Source: Lytechinus pictus
Taxonomy: Eukaryota
Assembly: GCF_037042905.1 (NCBI RefSeq)
Contig: NC_087250.1
Location: 14,882,001 to 14,946,000, forward strand
Direction: 5' to 3'
DNA: 64,000 nt
Shown here: positions 25,078 through 37,700 of the stretch, piece by piece
Position numbering within the stretch: the stretch's first letter is position 1
How the letters are laid out: each line of letters starts with the position of its first letter
Made by a program: the position numbers and the translations under genes
Notes under the pieces: generated by a model
What the model was told of the DNA's origin: nothing
What the model saw: the letters and a program-made list of their open reading frames with translations, nothing else
The model's database searches: none

Positions 25078-25689
25078 TAAAGTTTGGCTCATGCTCCGGG
25101 CTGGAGATATTTATATCTAAATTAATAGAGTAAAATTCAGAGCAAAATGCTGAGAATTTCATCGAAATCGGATAACAAATAACAAAGTTATTGAATTTTA
25201 AAGATTTGCAATATTACGGTGAAACAGTTCTAGGCATGTCTTCATGAATATTCATTATGTGGGCTGATGATGTCACATCCCCACTTTCCTATTTCTTATT
25301 TCTTATGTTATTATATGAAATCATAAATGTTTCATTTTGTTCATGAATGTGTAAATGAGGTGTCTCCTCTATGATGAAATAAGTTTCAGCAATAATGCAC
25401 TTAATCAGTTGTCCATTCAGTTTTAGTTTTTGGTAGAAATATTTTGAATAAACCCAATTTCATATACTGGTACTATAATGAAATACAAAAGAACAAGTGG
25501 GGATATGAAATCGTCAGCCCATCTTATGAATATTCATGACGACATGCCTAGAACTCTTTCACCGGGATAATGCAAATCTTTAAATTAAATTGCTTCGTTA
25601 TCCGATTTTGATGAAATTTTCAGCATTTTGCTCTTTTTGAATTGTACTCTATTGAGATATAGTATCTTCAGCCCGGAGCATCCCTTTAA
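25078..25689. mobile_element. Kolobok/T2-like MITE
   Basis: Inverted ends atgctccgggctg.agata / tatcttcagcccggagcat with long subterminal inverted arms; TTAA flanks. Confidence 0.65.
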
Positions 25690-26994
25690 AGCTATTTAGT
25701 GGTTAGATGAACTGTTTATGAACAAAATTTTAATTTCATGCAATTCTCACTTCATGCAAAGTTATACTTGTAGATGAAGTAGACATTAGACTGTCCGGCA
25801 TAAGACTCGTTACATAAAAGTTACTGTTCAGTAACTTTGCCATCCCATGGTAACTACCATGGTAACGCTGATCAACAGCCAATCAAAATCAAGGATTCCA
25901 TGCAAGTTGCCATTGCATGGCAAAGAAACCATAATGGTAGCTTTTATGCAACGGGGCCCTGGTCTAAAATACTGGGTCCTGCTTCATAAAGACTTGTTAT
26001 AATAACAATTTCTATAACACATTTACTATCAGCCAATCAGCGTGAAGGATTTCAGTAGCTTTTAACTATTACTGCAAATTTGTTATTTCATTAGGTTTTA
26101 TGAAACAGGACTCCAGATCATCTTTTCCAAAAAATATAGTGGTGTGAGATGAAAGGTGGGTATTCGTTTCAAATTAAGAACTATTGTGTTGAAATTGGAC
26201 AAAATCTCTTTTTAAATTCCCTTTGGAAGGATGTTGCAAAGTTTAAAGCCTATGAGACTATTTTCTAATTCATAAATGCTCCTGTTCGGGATTGCAAGGC
26301 TGGTCAATAAAACTATCCTTCACAATACTCTCTATTCTACACCCAGTTTTCACAAAAGGGTTACTTATTAGAAGTCATCCATGAAAGCACGATTACCAAT
26401 TCCTATAAAGTCCATAGCTAACGGGCCACTGTATTATAATGAAGGTTTGTACATTTGTGTAAATATTCAACATAATAAAATTAACGACATTTTTCACATA
26501 GAATTTTGAATTGTGCATTATACTTGATGTTGTCATGATGGTTTGAATAGTACAACCATAGGACAATGACATAAAATATGTATGTCCACCCCCCTCCCCT
26601 GTATGTGGGACCTGCATGAAAATAAAGTAACTATGCTCTCAAATTATGATAACAATAAGAATGAAAAATGAACAAAAAAATAATATTGATAATAGTAATA
26701 ATACGGTAATGATAATAATAATGATCACAATATATGTCCCATGGAACTTGGATACTATTATCATTTATCATTACTTGAGCAGTTCATAGATTAAAGTAAG
26801 AATGGAGAAATAAGGGGGTCCAGTACAGAAAGGTTGATTATTTAATGGAATTGTCCTAAAGGAAATCCAAAGATATTGGGTGATTTCATGTACAGTGTTG
26901 ATGTGGTGTTCGTGTCTTAACACCTTCACCAGGCACACCACCATACTTGAATGAAGCTGGTGTTAGGATTGACCTTGGAAGTATGTTGGGATCT

Positions 26995-27258
26995 GGGCCC
27001 CGTCTTACAGAGAGTTGCGATTGATCCGATCGATCGCAACTATGGAAAGCCATCAACAACTATTGTGCATGTTTATTCAAAATATTTCAATTAGGCCTAT
27101 GTATATTCATGTATTTTTGTTTTCTTGAAAATTTGTTGCTTCTCTTTGTTTACAAAAGACATTGTGCAAATTTCCTGTAGAAAAAATTATGACACTGATG
27201 GATTTCCATAGAGTTACGATTGATTGGATCAATCGTAACCCTTTGTAAGACAGGGCCC
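26995..27258. mobile_element. Harbinger-like MITE (related, older copy at 21700-21958)
   Basis: TIR gggccccgtcttacagag.gtt.cgattgatcc / ggatcaatcgtaacc.tttgtaagacagggccc. Confidence 0.75.
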
Positions 27259-27918
27259 AGGTGTTTAACGCCATCTGCTGATGAACTGAGCGTTACAGCT
27301 GGTGTTGATGTGATGGGGCCTGGGATATTGTGATTTCAAGTTCAATGTTGGCGATTTCTAGCTCACAAATAAAGAATCATCATCATCATCATCAATCATC
27401 ATCACCACCACCACCACCATCATCTCCATCACTACTATCATCAGCACCATCATCACCACCATCCGCATCATCACCACCATCATTATTACCATCATCAATA
27501 TCATTTCCATCTCCAGAAACCTTTGACACAAAGCCTAGTGATTGAGATTTACAATTGTCTTGATAAATACTAGCAATCAATCATAACGATTATCAGATCA
27601 ATTGCTAGACTCTTTGTGCTGCGGCTCATTTCAATATCACACAAAAAACCAATAGCATGAAACAGAAAGGGAATTATGAAAAAATGTATTTATTTATCAC
27701 ATCCATTTGATAATTAGTTTGGCCATCTTTTTAATATCACCAGAATTTCTAGAATGAAATGAAGACCAGTAGGTCTTTTTTGAAAAAAATTATTTGGAAT
27801 TATGAGTCTTCTTTTAGAAGTTTCAAAATCCTATTTCTAGGGGAAAAATCCTAGTTACTGTCACATTCTCCTTATAAATCCTACTAAATAGGATAAAATC
27901 CTACCAATTGGCAGCTCC

Positions 27919-28527
27919 GGGGTTGTTTCACAAAGATTTAAGTATGACTAAAGTCGCACTTAAATGCCGATGCGTACATGATACGCAACGCGCGATCTTA
28001 TCGATAGATACGCAGTAGTGTGCGTTCTCATGACACGATCTGACCAATGCGGTCAAGCTTTTCATACCATACTCAACTTTGTATTTAAGTGCGACTCTAA
28101 GCCATACTTAAAGATAAATGCCAGTTGTGGTGACGATTTCAAAATGAGTTCGCACAGAATCCAATGAAATTACCACCAAAGTGTCTGTTTGTATAAATAA
28201 AAAACATGTGCCAAAGGATTCTGGAAGAAATTGTGTAATTGCTGAGAAATTAGCAAATAAGCACGGGATTCGGGTCAAGCGTCGGGCCGACATTCAAAGC
28301 AATAATAATACACTGTCCCACGTGCGCTTATCTGTGTTGGTGATCTTCAGTGTGAACATTTTTCAGCGTAGATTTCAAGATTTCACAAAGTTCAGTTTAT
28401 GTAACTGTACCAGATCTAGATCCTCGATGATATAGTGACAATTAAGCCTGGTTTTACTGACTTTCTCGGGAAATCAGTGTTTACTGCAACTACTTTCATT
28501 TATCTTTAAATCTTTGTGAAACACCCC
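27919..28527. mobile_element. Harbinger-like MITE with a nested TTAA Kolobok-like MITE (28112-28505)
   Basis: Outer TIR gggg.tgtttcacaaagatttaagtatg / catacttaa|..aatctttgtgaaacacccc. Inner agataaatg..agttg / caact..catttatct between TTAA duplications; family copies also near 19013-19394, 33639-33840 and 58503-58900. Confidence 0.75.
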
Positions 28528-29224
28528 CCAGGTGTTATATAAATCTTCTTATAGTCAGCTTCCTCAAAAGTTGAATAGATATCTCTGGTCCTAGAAGAGT
28601 TCTCTTGGAGAATAAACCAACCTTTGAGTGAGCTTTCTCGGGGTATTTAGTGATGCTTTGATCTATTAAAGAGAATGGTGGATACCTACATACAAAGGTA
28701 ATTGCCAATTCGTCTATTGCCAACTTGTCCACTGATCACATGATCTACCTTCATTTAGTCTAATATTATTCCATGCATTAACATTTCGTCTGTCAACCTT
28801 ATGGTCCAATAATCACTTCGTCTCATGACAGTTCATCTCTTAACTAGTTGATCTTGTACTCGTTTTCTTTTCATTCATTTCACCCAATTTACACTTAGTC
28901 AAGTTACACCAAATGACATATGGACTAAATGGGTATTGGACCAACTGGTTATTAGACGAAATGGTGAGTGGAAGAAATGGCAATTAGACCATGTGGATAG
29001 TGTACCAACTGTTGGTAGACCAAATGATAGTAGACAAGTTGGTAATTGGATGAATTGGCACAATTGAGTCTGAAGACTTGCCTTGACTTGGACTATATTA
29101 TTCAACGAATTGAAGGTTGACTTGTTAAAGCAGCTTTTGAAAATGGTAGTGACTGTTCGCCATCATTCACTTACATGATAGAGGTTCCCATAAGCAGCCA
29201 TGCTTGAGGACAACAACAATAATA

Positions 29225-29470
29225 ATAATGATTATTACGCTCATATAGCGCTTGATACAAAGCGCTGCATTCTATTACCCCGGCTTGAGCACGGCTACCC
29301 TGATCGGATGCTCGAGCAAGGAATTCCTTCCTGCTGGGTACCCACTTACTACACCGGGGTGGAGAGTGGCAAATGTAGATAAACGCCTTGCTAAAAGGGC
29401 GCGAGTGTTGCCATGGGATTTGAACCCCGGACCTTGTGGTTCAAAATTCAGATTATCCACTGAGCAACAA
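29225..29470 (-). mobile_element. tRNA-derived SINE (degenerate)
   Basis: B-box-like GGTTCAAATCCC, core ccactctccaccccggtgt..tgggtacc, AAGCGCTATATGA plus (ATT)n tail. Confidence 0.7.
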
Positions 29471-29711
29471 CACATCTGCATCCAATTGTTATGTCCTCCA
29501 ACATGGCAACTTGTGATGTCATGTAGGAACACTATTGCAACGTTCTGTACATCCACTTTGCTATTGCTATAGAGTTGATTCCACTGTCTCCACTTAAACT
29601 GAATTGGTATTTCCGTCATTACTGTCCTTGTCATGATCGTCGTCCTCCTCCTCATCACCACCACCTTCATCAATTTCAATGAATGATCCTAAATAGTCCA
29701 CTTTGCTCTTG

Positions 29712-30007
29712 CTATGAAGTCGATTCCACTGCCTCCATTTCAACTGAATTGGTATTTCCCTCATCACCATTCTCCCCCTGATCATCATCATCACCACCTT
29801 CATCAAGCAAAGTCCTTTTAGGGGCATCACCATTGTCTGCAGCGCCCTCTAGAGGACGTTTCTTGTTGAGTTTCCTGGCTCTCTTCCTGTGGCCCTTCTT
29901 TGACTGGTTATACTCTATCCGCTGCTGTTTCCTCTGGCGGTAGTCTGGCATGTTGTCATAGGGCACCTTGTGAAGACCTCGTAAGACACTCTGAACGTTG
30001 CAAGAAC
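29712..30007 (-). CDS. WDR4: WDR4 terminal coding exon
   Basis: LRGLHKVPYDNMPDYRQRKQQRIE...ESTS*; acceptor cag at 30010-30008. Confidence 0.85.
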
Positions 30008-33000
30008 CTGTGCATGTAGGAGTCGGAGAAGTTAACAAAAGTTGGTCCATTCTATAAACAGAGTAGGAGTTCATCAAGCAAGCAGGACAAAGGGTAAAAC
30101 CCAGACAGCTTAGATAATTTCTTATCAATGAAACTTGTGGGCAATGGCTTAAAAACATAGAGAGCTCATTGACAGTGCAGAATATTTGTAAACTGGAAGT
30201 TCTGAGTGCCTTGGGTCTCAATCCCAATCACTACCTCTTTTTCCCCTTTTCCCTATCTCCCTCCTTTCTTCCTTTTCCCCTTTAACTTTCACTCTCTCTC
30301 CTTCCCTCTACTCCATCATCCTCTCATCCTTGATATTAACCCTTATTAAACTGGGGGGGGGGGGGTTAATTTGACCCCCCCTCGACAAATTTTGTCACTT
30401 CGCCTTCGCGCCAATTTTTTTTTACCGCACAGCTCGCTGACTTTTTACTTTCAAGTCTTGCGCATCTTTTGAGACCAAATTTGCGATGCCCGGGTACGTG
30501 GTTCCGAAATTACGCAACACTTTGTAAGTGCATGTCGGACCCGAAATTGCTCAAAAACGTGATACCGTGTACAAAGTCAATGCAAATTGTGTTTTTCAAC
30601 CAAATTTCATAAATGTATGATTATTTTCACTTTTGTTGGTTTTAATGGATTTATTTTATGCTATTTATGATAGCAAAAGGTCCCTGACAAAGTTCATTGG
30701 AAAAAACAATAAAAAACAGAGGTTTGAAAAAACAAAGAAATACATAAGAATTTAAAAAACAATAAAATACATAAGAAATTAATCATATTTTTGCAATTTT
30801 TTTATAGATATTTGTTGGAAATGTAATAATTGATACTCCCACCATAAATTAGCATTCTTCTAGCTATATAAATTGAGTTAAAGGCAAAAACATACACAAA
30901 AACCCAAATTTAGGGCAAATTTCATACGCTTATTTCCATAATTAATTAATAACAAGTGGAATGCCTCTGGCCGTCTCACCTGCATCACGCGATTCAATAT
31001 AGCAGCAGTGCTGATTTTGAAAACTACTATAACTCGCACAAGATGTTCAGTGATACTTGGTTACTCTTATTTCCATGTTTTATGAACTAGACCAATACAC
31101 TTATAGAGATATGATGGCAATTCAACAAATACCCCCAACGTGGCCAAAGTTCTTTGACCTTACATGACCTTTGACCTTGATCATGTGACCTGAAACTCGC
31201 ACAGGATGTTCAGTGATACTTGATTACTATTATGTCCAAGTTTTATGAACTAGACCAACACACTTTCAAATTTATGGCTGTAATTCAACAAATACCCCAA
31301 TTTGGCCAAAGTTCATTGACCCTAAATGACCTTTGACCTTGATCATGTGACCTGAAACTTGCACAGGATGTTCAGTAATACTTGATTACTATTATGTCCA
31401 AGTTTCATGAATCAGATCCATAAACTTTCAAAGTTATGATGGTAATTCAACAGATACCCCCAATTCGGCCAAAGTTCATTGACCCTAAATGACCTTTGAC
31501 CTTGGTCATGTGATGTGAAACTCATGCAGGATGTTCAGTGATACTTGATTAACCTTATGTATAAGTTTCATGAACTAGGTCCATATATTTTCTAAGTTAT
31601 GATGACATTTCAAAAACTTAACCTTAGGTTAAGATTTTGATGTTGATTCCCCCAACATGGTCTAAGTTCATTGACCCTAAATGACCTTTGACCTTGGTCA
31701 TGTGACATGAAACTCAGGCAGGATGTTCAGTAATACTTGATTAACCTTATGGCCAAGTTTCATGAACTAGGTCCATATACTTTCTAAGTTATGCTGTCAT
31801 TTCAAAAACTTAACCTCAGGTTAAGATTTGGTGTTGACGCCGCCGTCGCCGCCGCCGCCGCCGTCGGAAAAGCGGCGCCTATAGTCTCACTCTGCTATGC
31901 AGGTGAGACAAAAACTATAAACAATTAATATTTTGAAAAATTTTCTATACAGTCTTGTAGTTTACATCCGGCTCTATGCGTGTGCAAATTTTCGCGGCGA
32001 TCGCGCAATCAGTGGCCAAGATCTGAGGGGGGGGGGGGGTCAAATTGACCCCCCCCAGTATATACTGGTCCGAAATAGCCCAGTTAAGATAGGGTTAATG
32101 TTGACTTCTCTCTGGTGTAGGTACTTACATTTTAAGAATTCCCAATCGTTCTTCGCCTTTTGAGCAAGAAGTGCTGCACTGTCCTCTTTTGAAACATTTT
32201 CTGAAACCTAAAGATCACAAGACATCAGTTAGCTAACAACAGCATCTGTCGTATCATTGTTTTCTCATCTCTTTTTGGTATGATGTACTACGATTTCCAA
32301 CTACAATACCATACAAAATGAAAATACATGGGGGGGGGGGTGATTACGTACAATGTAATGGGGCTACAATTTTGTGACACTCAGGTACCAAACAAAAAGG
32401 ATTAATGAACAATCGAATGAATGAATAAATACAATTTGTATTTTGAAATAATTAAATAGATCAACCAATTAAACAACTAATTCATGAATGAACAAAACTA
32501 AACCTACCTGTAGAACACCATCTTTATTTGGTTCTATCACACATACAAGGAGGGGTTCCTCAGGGTTAGGTACTAGGACCAGTAGTCTTCCATTTGGGTC
32601 AAAGGCTAATGACCATGGAGGATGCTTGCATTGGAGCCTTGTGACTTCTTGGAAGGTCCAATGTCCATCTTTCTCTGCTGTGACATGGTAAACCGGAACG
32701 GTGGAATGACTGAAAAGTGAAAAGTAATAATATTGATGATTATTACCTATACAAGGCATTCTAAAGATAAATAAAAGTCATATTTTGCTCGCTACTTTCA
32801 ATCCCAGACCAACGAGGTAAATGTTTCCAATGTTGCCCTCCCCAAGCTTTGCCCATAGGAATCTTGTACAAAACAGAGGGCAATGTTGGCCATATTTCTG
32901 CTAATGCACTTGCGCAGTAGGAGCCGGTTTTGACTCGGGCCAATATGATTCAGTTGCGGGCGACATATTTGATGTTCCCCTCAAGGCCAGTCAATATTAT

Positions 33001-34733
33001 GTAAATATATCACATTGTGTGCTATTTTCAAATTCACTAAGGTATATATGTAATACAGAGAAAACTGTCTACTGATGCCTTTTCAGGCAATCCTCATGTT
33101 AGTGGGTATTTAAATTTTTATTTCAAATTATGCCTTATTAGAAACGCAATTATTATGTCTAATTTGGAGTTTTTTTTATGATATCAATGAAAATGAAAGC
33201 CAAATAATATTTATTCCATAATATGACTTCAAAAGAAAGTAATGACAAATTGTTTAATTTCCTTTCAGAATATACCAAATAACAGAAACTGAGTGTAAAA
33301 CCAAACCCTTCATTAACCCTTTCATTTTTCATCTTCATTTTGAGATTTGCCATTACATAGAATAGAGAGCCACATAGGAAATGAATGGTATAAGAATAGT
33401 GTACTAACTCTAATAATGTCACCGCAACAAGATTGTGCTTTTTGAAGCAAGATATGCACGTCACGGTAACCTTGTTTTTAGCTCCACGCTCTTCTGATGA
33501 AGGTCTGGCCCAATCAAAAGAAGTCCTACATAGTTCTTTTCCTTTCTTGTAGTCCCACAGCATCATAGTTGAGTCCTGTTTAGAGTAAAGTGAACATACA
33601 CACTTCAAGATAAAGTGGTTTAAAGGGAACAGACACATTTAAAGATACATGAGAGTAGTTGCAGTATACACTGATTTTACAAGGAAATCTGTAAAACCAA
33701 GATATATTGTCACTATATCATTGTGGATCTGGTAGTTACATAAACTGAACTTTGTGAAATTATGGAATCTAAACTGAAAAACAACCACACTGTAGATCGC
33801 CAACACAGCTAAGTCAAAAAAAAATCGATGGATAAAGGGCAAGGGTAAACAAGTGGAATGCCTCTGGCCGTCTCACCTGCATCACGCGATTCAATATAGC
33901 AGCAGTGCTGATTTTGAAAACTACTATAACTCGCACAAGATGTTCAGTGATACTTGGTTATTCTTATTTCCACGTTTTATGAACTAGACCAATACACTTA
34001 TAGAGATATGATGGCAATTCAACAAATACCCCCAACGTGGCCAAAGTTCTTTGACCTTACATGACCTTTGACCTTGATCATGTGACCTGAAACTCGCACA
34101 GGATGTTCAGTGATACTTGATTACTATTATGTCCAAGTTTTATGAACTAGACCAACACACTTTCAAATTTATGGCTGTAATTCAACAAATACCCCAATTT
34201 GGCCAAAGTTCATTGACCCTAAATGACCTTTGACCTTGATCATGTGACCTGAAACTTGCACAGGATGTTCAGTAATACTTGATTACTATTATGTCCAAGT
34301 TTCATGAATCAGATCCATAAACTTTCAAAGTTATGATGGTAATTCAACAGATACCCCCAATTCGGCCAAAGTTCATTGACCCTAAATGACCTTTGACCTT
34401 GGTCATGTGACGTGAAACTCATGCAGGATGTTCAGTGATACTTGATTAACCTTATGTATAAGTTTCATGAACTAGGTCCATATATTTTCTAAGTTATGAT
34501 GACATTTCAAAAACTTAACCTTAGGTTAAGATTTTGATGTTGATTCCCCCAACATGGTCTAAGTTCATTGACCCTAAATGACCTTTGACCTTGGTCATGT
34601 GACATGAAACTCAGGCAGGATGTTCAGTAATACTTGATTAACCTTATGGCCAAGTTTCATGAACTAGGTCCATATACTTTCTAAGTAATGCTGTCATTTC
34701 AAAAACTTAACCTCAGGTTAAGATTTGGTGTTG

Positions 34734-34766
<33 letters not shown>

Positions 34767-37700
34767 TCGCCGTCGGAAAAGCGGCGCCTATAGTCTCACT
34801 CTGCTATGCAGGTGAGACAAAAAATTAAAATCCATATTTTACTGTTCAAAACAGAAATCAGAACGAAAAATCCTCCGGAAATCAATTTTGCCAAATTGAT
34901 CGTGGGCCCAGCAGCCACTGCGCAGCGCCAGATTGATGTTGCTCTATCCCTCAACTCTTTGAACGCCAAACAGGTTAGCAGCAACTCCCATGTTTTAACG
35001 TCTTTTGGTCTGATGCGGCCAGGGATTGAACCCCCGACCTCCCGGTTGAAAGACGGACGCTCTACCACGTAAATACACCTTTATAGGATAGGAGCTATTA
35101 CTAGGTGAGGTGAATGGGTACCCGATAGGAAGATATTCCTTGAATGCTTGAGCACCCTATCAAGGTAGCCGGGCTAAAGCCAGGGTAATAATAACATAAT
35201 CATGCTAAGCAGGGCCCGCTGAAAGAACAGTTTTCGGAACTGAAGTCGCTACCCTGGGTAAAATATGACGTTATTATTATAATCATTACTTATCAAGAGT
35301 TTACTCACCCCTGCACAGGAAATCAGTAGGTCTGATGACAGAATATATAGTCTGCTGAGGAATCTAAAAAGAAGGATAAAAACAATAACCAAATCAACAA
35401 CCCTCAAAGTGAATACTGGCAATGTGTGTGATTTAAAAAAACTTGCCCATATGTTGAGTGGCATTCACAAAATTGAAGGTGGTTTAATGAAATTACAACA
35501 TGGAAATTTCATTTTTTTTTTGAGAAGGTACGTTTTATTTAGCACACACATTTAGAACAATCTAAAAATTCCTGATACAGAATGAGGGTGTTGGTAAAAC
35601 GCGCTAGATATGGATTAATGCAGGTTTAGGCAAATTAATTTCACTAACCCTGCGTTAGTTCATGGCAGAAAAAATGGGCGCGTTGCATAAAAGTTACTAT
35701 TGTGGTGACTTTGCCACCCAATGGTAACTACCATGGTAACGATGATCAACAGCCAATCAGAATCAAAGATTCCATGCAAGTTACCATTGGATGACAAAGT
35801 TACCATAATGGTAACTTTTATGCAGCGGGACCCATGACAACCAAGCATCAATCTAGCATTCCACTCCATTTTAAACATTTGATTTACAAAATACTCATCA
35901 TCTGTTTTGTACACTTTGAATTTGTTTTAATAATATTGGATGATTTTTTTAATCTTTGTAGGTTTGCATGGTGGAGTTTATAACGTGGAGAAGGTTTATG
36001 GTTCACCATGTGTAATGTGAAGGGAAGGAAATACAGGCAGAAAGATTGAAATTGAAAGACGAGATAGGATGAAAAGAGGAAATTAGAAGTATTCTTTTCT
36101 TGAAAGTGAGTGAAGTCCTGAAAAGGACTGTAAACCAGATGAGATGAGCTGAATATGGCTTGAGTAGTGATGGTTTGAGTAGTAGCAGGATGAAGTGAAG
36201 AGAGGTTACTCGACGTTTCGGGCAGGGACTGTCCGTCTTCAGGAGAACCATCGCTACTCAAGCCATATTCAGCTCATCTCATCTGGTTTATCCTCTTTTC
36301 ATCCTATCTCGTCTTTCAATTTCAATCTTTCTGCCTGTATTTCTTTCCCTTCTTCATATTACACATGGTGAACCGTAAACCTTCTCAATGGCATATTTTT
36401 TTTGTATGATATGGGAAATAAATAAACAAAATTACTAAAATGGCAGCCCGGATGCAGGGTTCACATTCACTAAACTCAGGTTTAATTTATTTCAAACTCT
36501 GGTCTAAAGGTGTACTATGGAAAGCCAATTGTGGCACAAATCTCTAAAAGTACAAATTCAATTTATTGGGGCCATTCTTGGTCATGTATGTGACCGAAAT
36601 TATGACAAATCTTGACTTTAATTAGTTATAAATCTAAAAAGGTTTAGAGATTTAGGTGATATAACATTAAAATGTTTAGTCAGCTATTATTTGGAAATAT
36701 TTTTGCAGTCTCCAGCATAAAGGTTCAAGGTCAGAGGTCAAAAGAAGTGGGTCACGTGTGTGACTTCACACATACGCATGATTTTGAAAGTTTAATTCAA
36801 TTTGGAAATTCCTGTGAACTTTACAATGAAAATAAACTTTAAAAATCATAATTCGTTATGAATCTCTATAATTTTTATATTTATAACTAATTAAAGTCAA
36901 GATTTATCATAATTTCGGTCACACACATGACCAAGAATGGCCTATTAGCTCTTCTGTCAATTAGATCATCCATAACTCTGTAGACCAATTATGAGGACCC
37001 CTCGGTAGACCAGCAGCACCGTGATTGATGCTGCTGAGTAGGGCCATCCTCCCGTTTTCATTTGTCAATTTCACATGTGGGCTAAATTGTGGGCTATTCC
37101 ATAAATATTCAACCTTTTTGTTCGTCCGACCCCCCACATTTCTCAATTCTTACTTCACTTCATGATCTTACTCCTTTGAGAGCATTACAGACTGTCATAA
37201 GAACCAGAAATCAGAGACAGAAAATTTCACGAAGGTCCCACATACATGGGGTCGGACGTACATATTTTATGGAATAGCCCATGTATCATTTCATTTGTAT
37301 TGTTATTTGTTTTTAACAGAAATAAATTCAATTCAAAATTCAATAGTTAATTTACAGGATTGATAGACACTCACTCTGTGTGCCCTAAACAGTAATTGTG
37401 TATGTTGTACGCATTGGGAAGATGACTAACTCTTATCTTCTCATCTCTCTCAGCCGTCAAGATGAAGTTATCATCATGGGAGATTACCTGAATAATAAAA
37501 GAAATAAAAAAATGTTAGGAGATAGTGCTGGCAGTAGCGGATCCAGGATTTTCTAAGAGGGAGGGGGCACATTTTTCTGAAGAAAAGTTTTACAAGCACA
37601 AAAAAAAAAGGGTTCTTACCCAAAATTAAGGATATTTCCTCCATGCAAAAAATATTGATAAGCAAAAAAAAAAAAAAAGTCTTCATTTTCAAAAGGAGGG

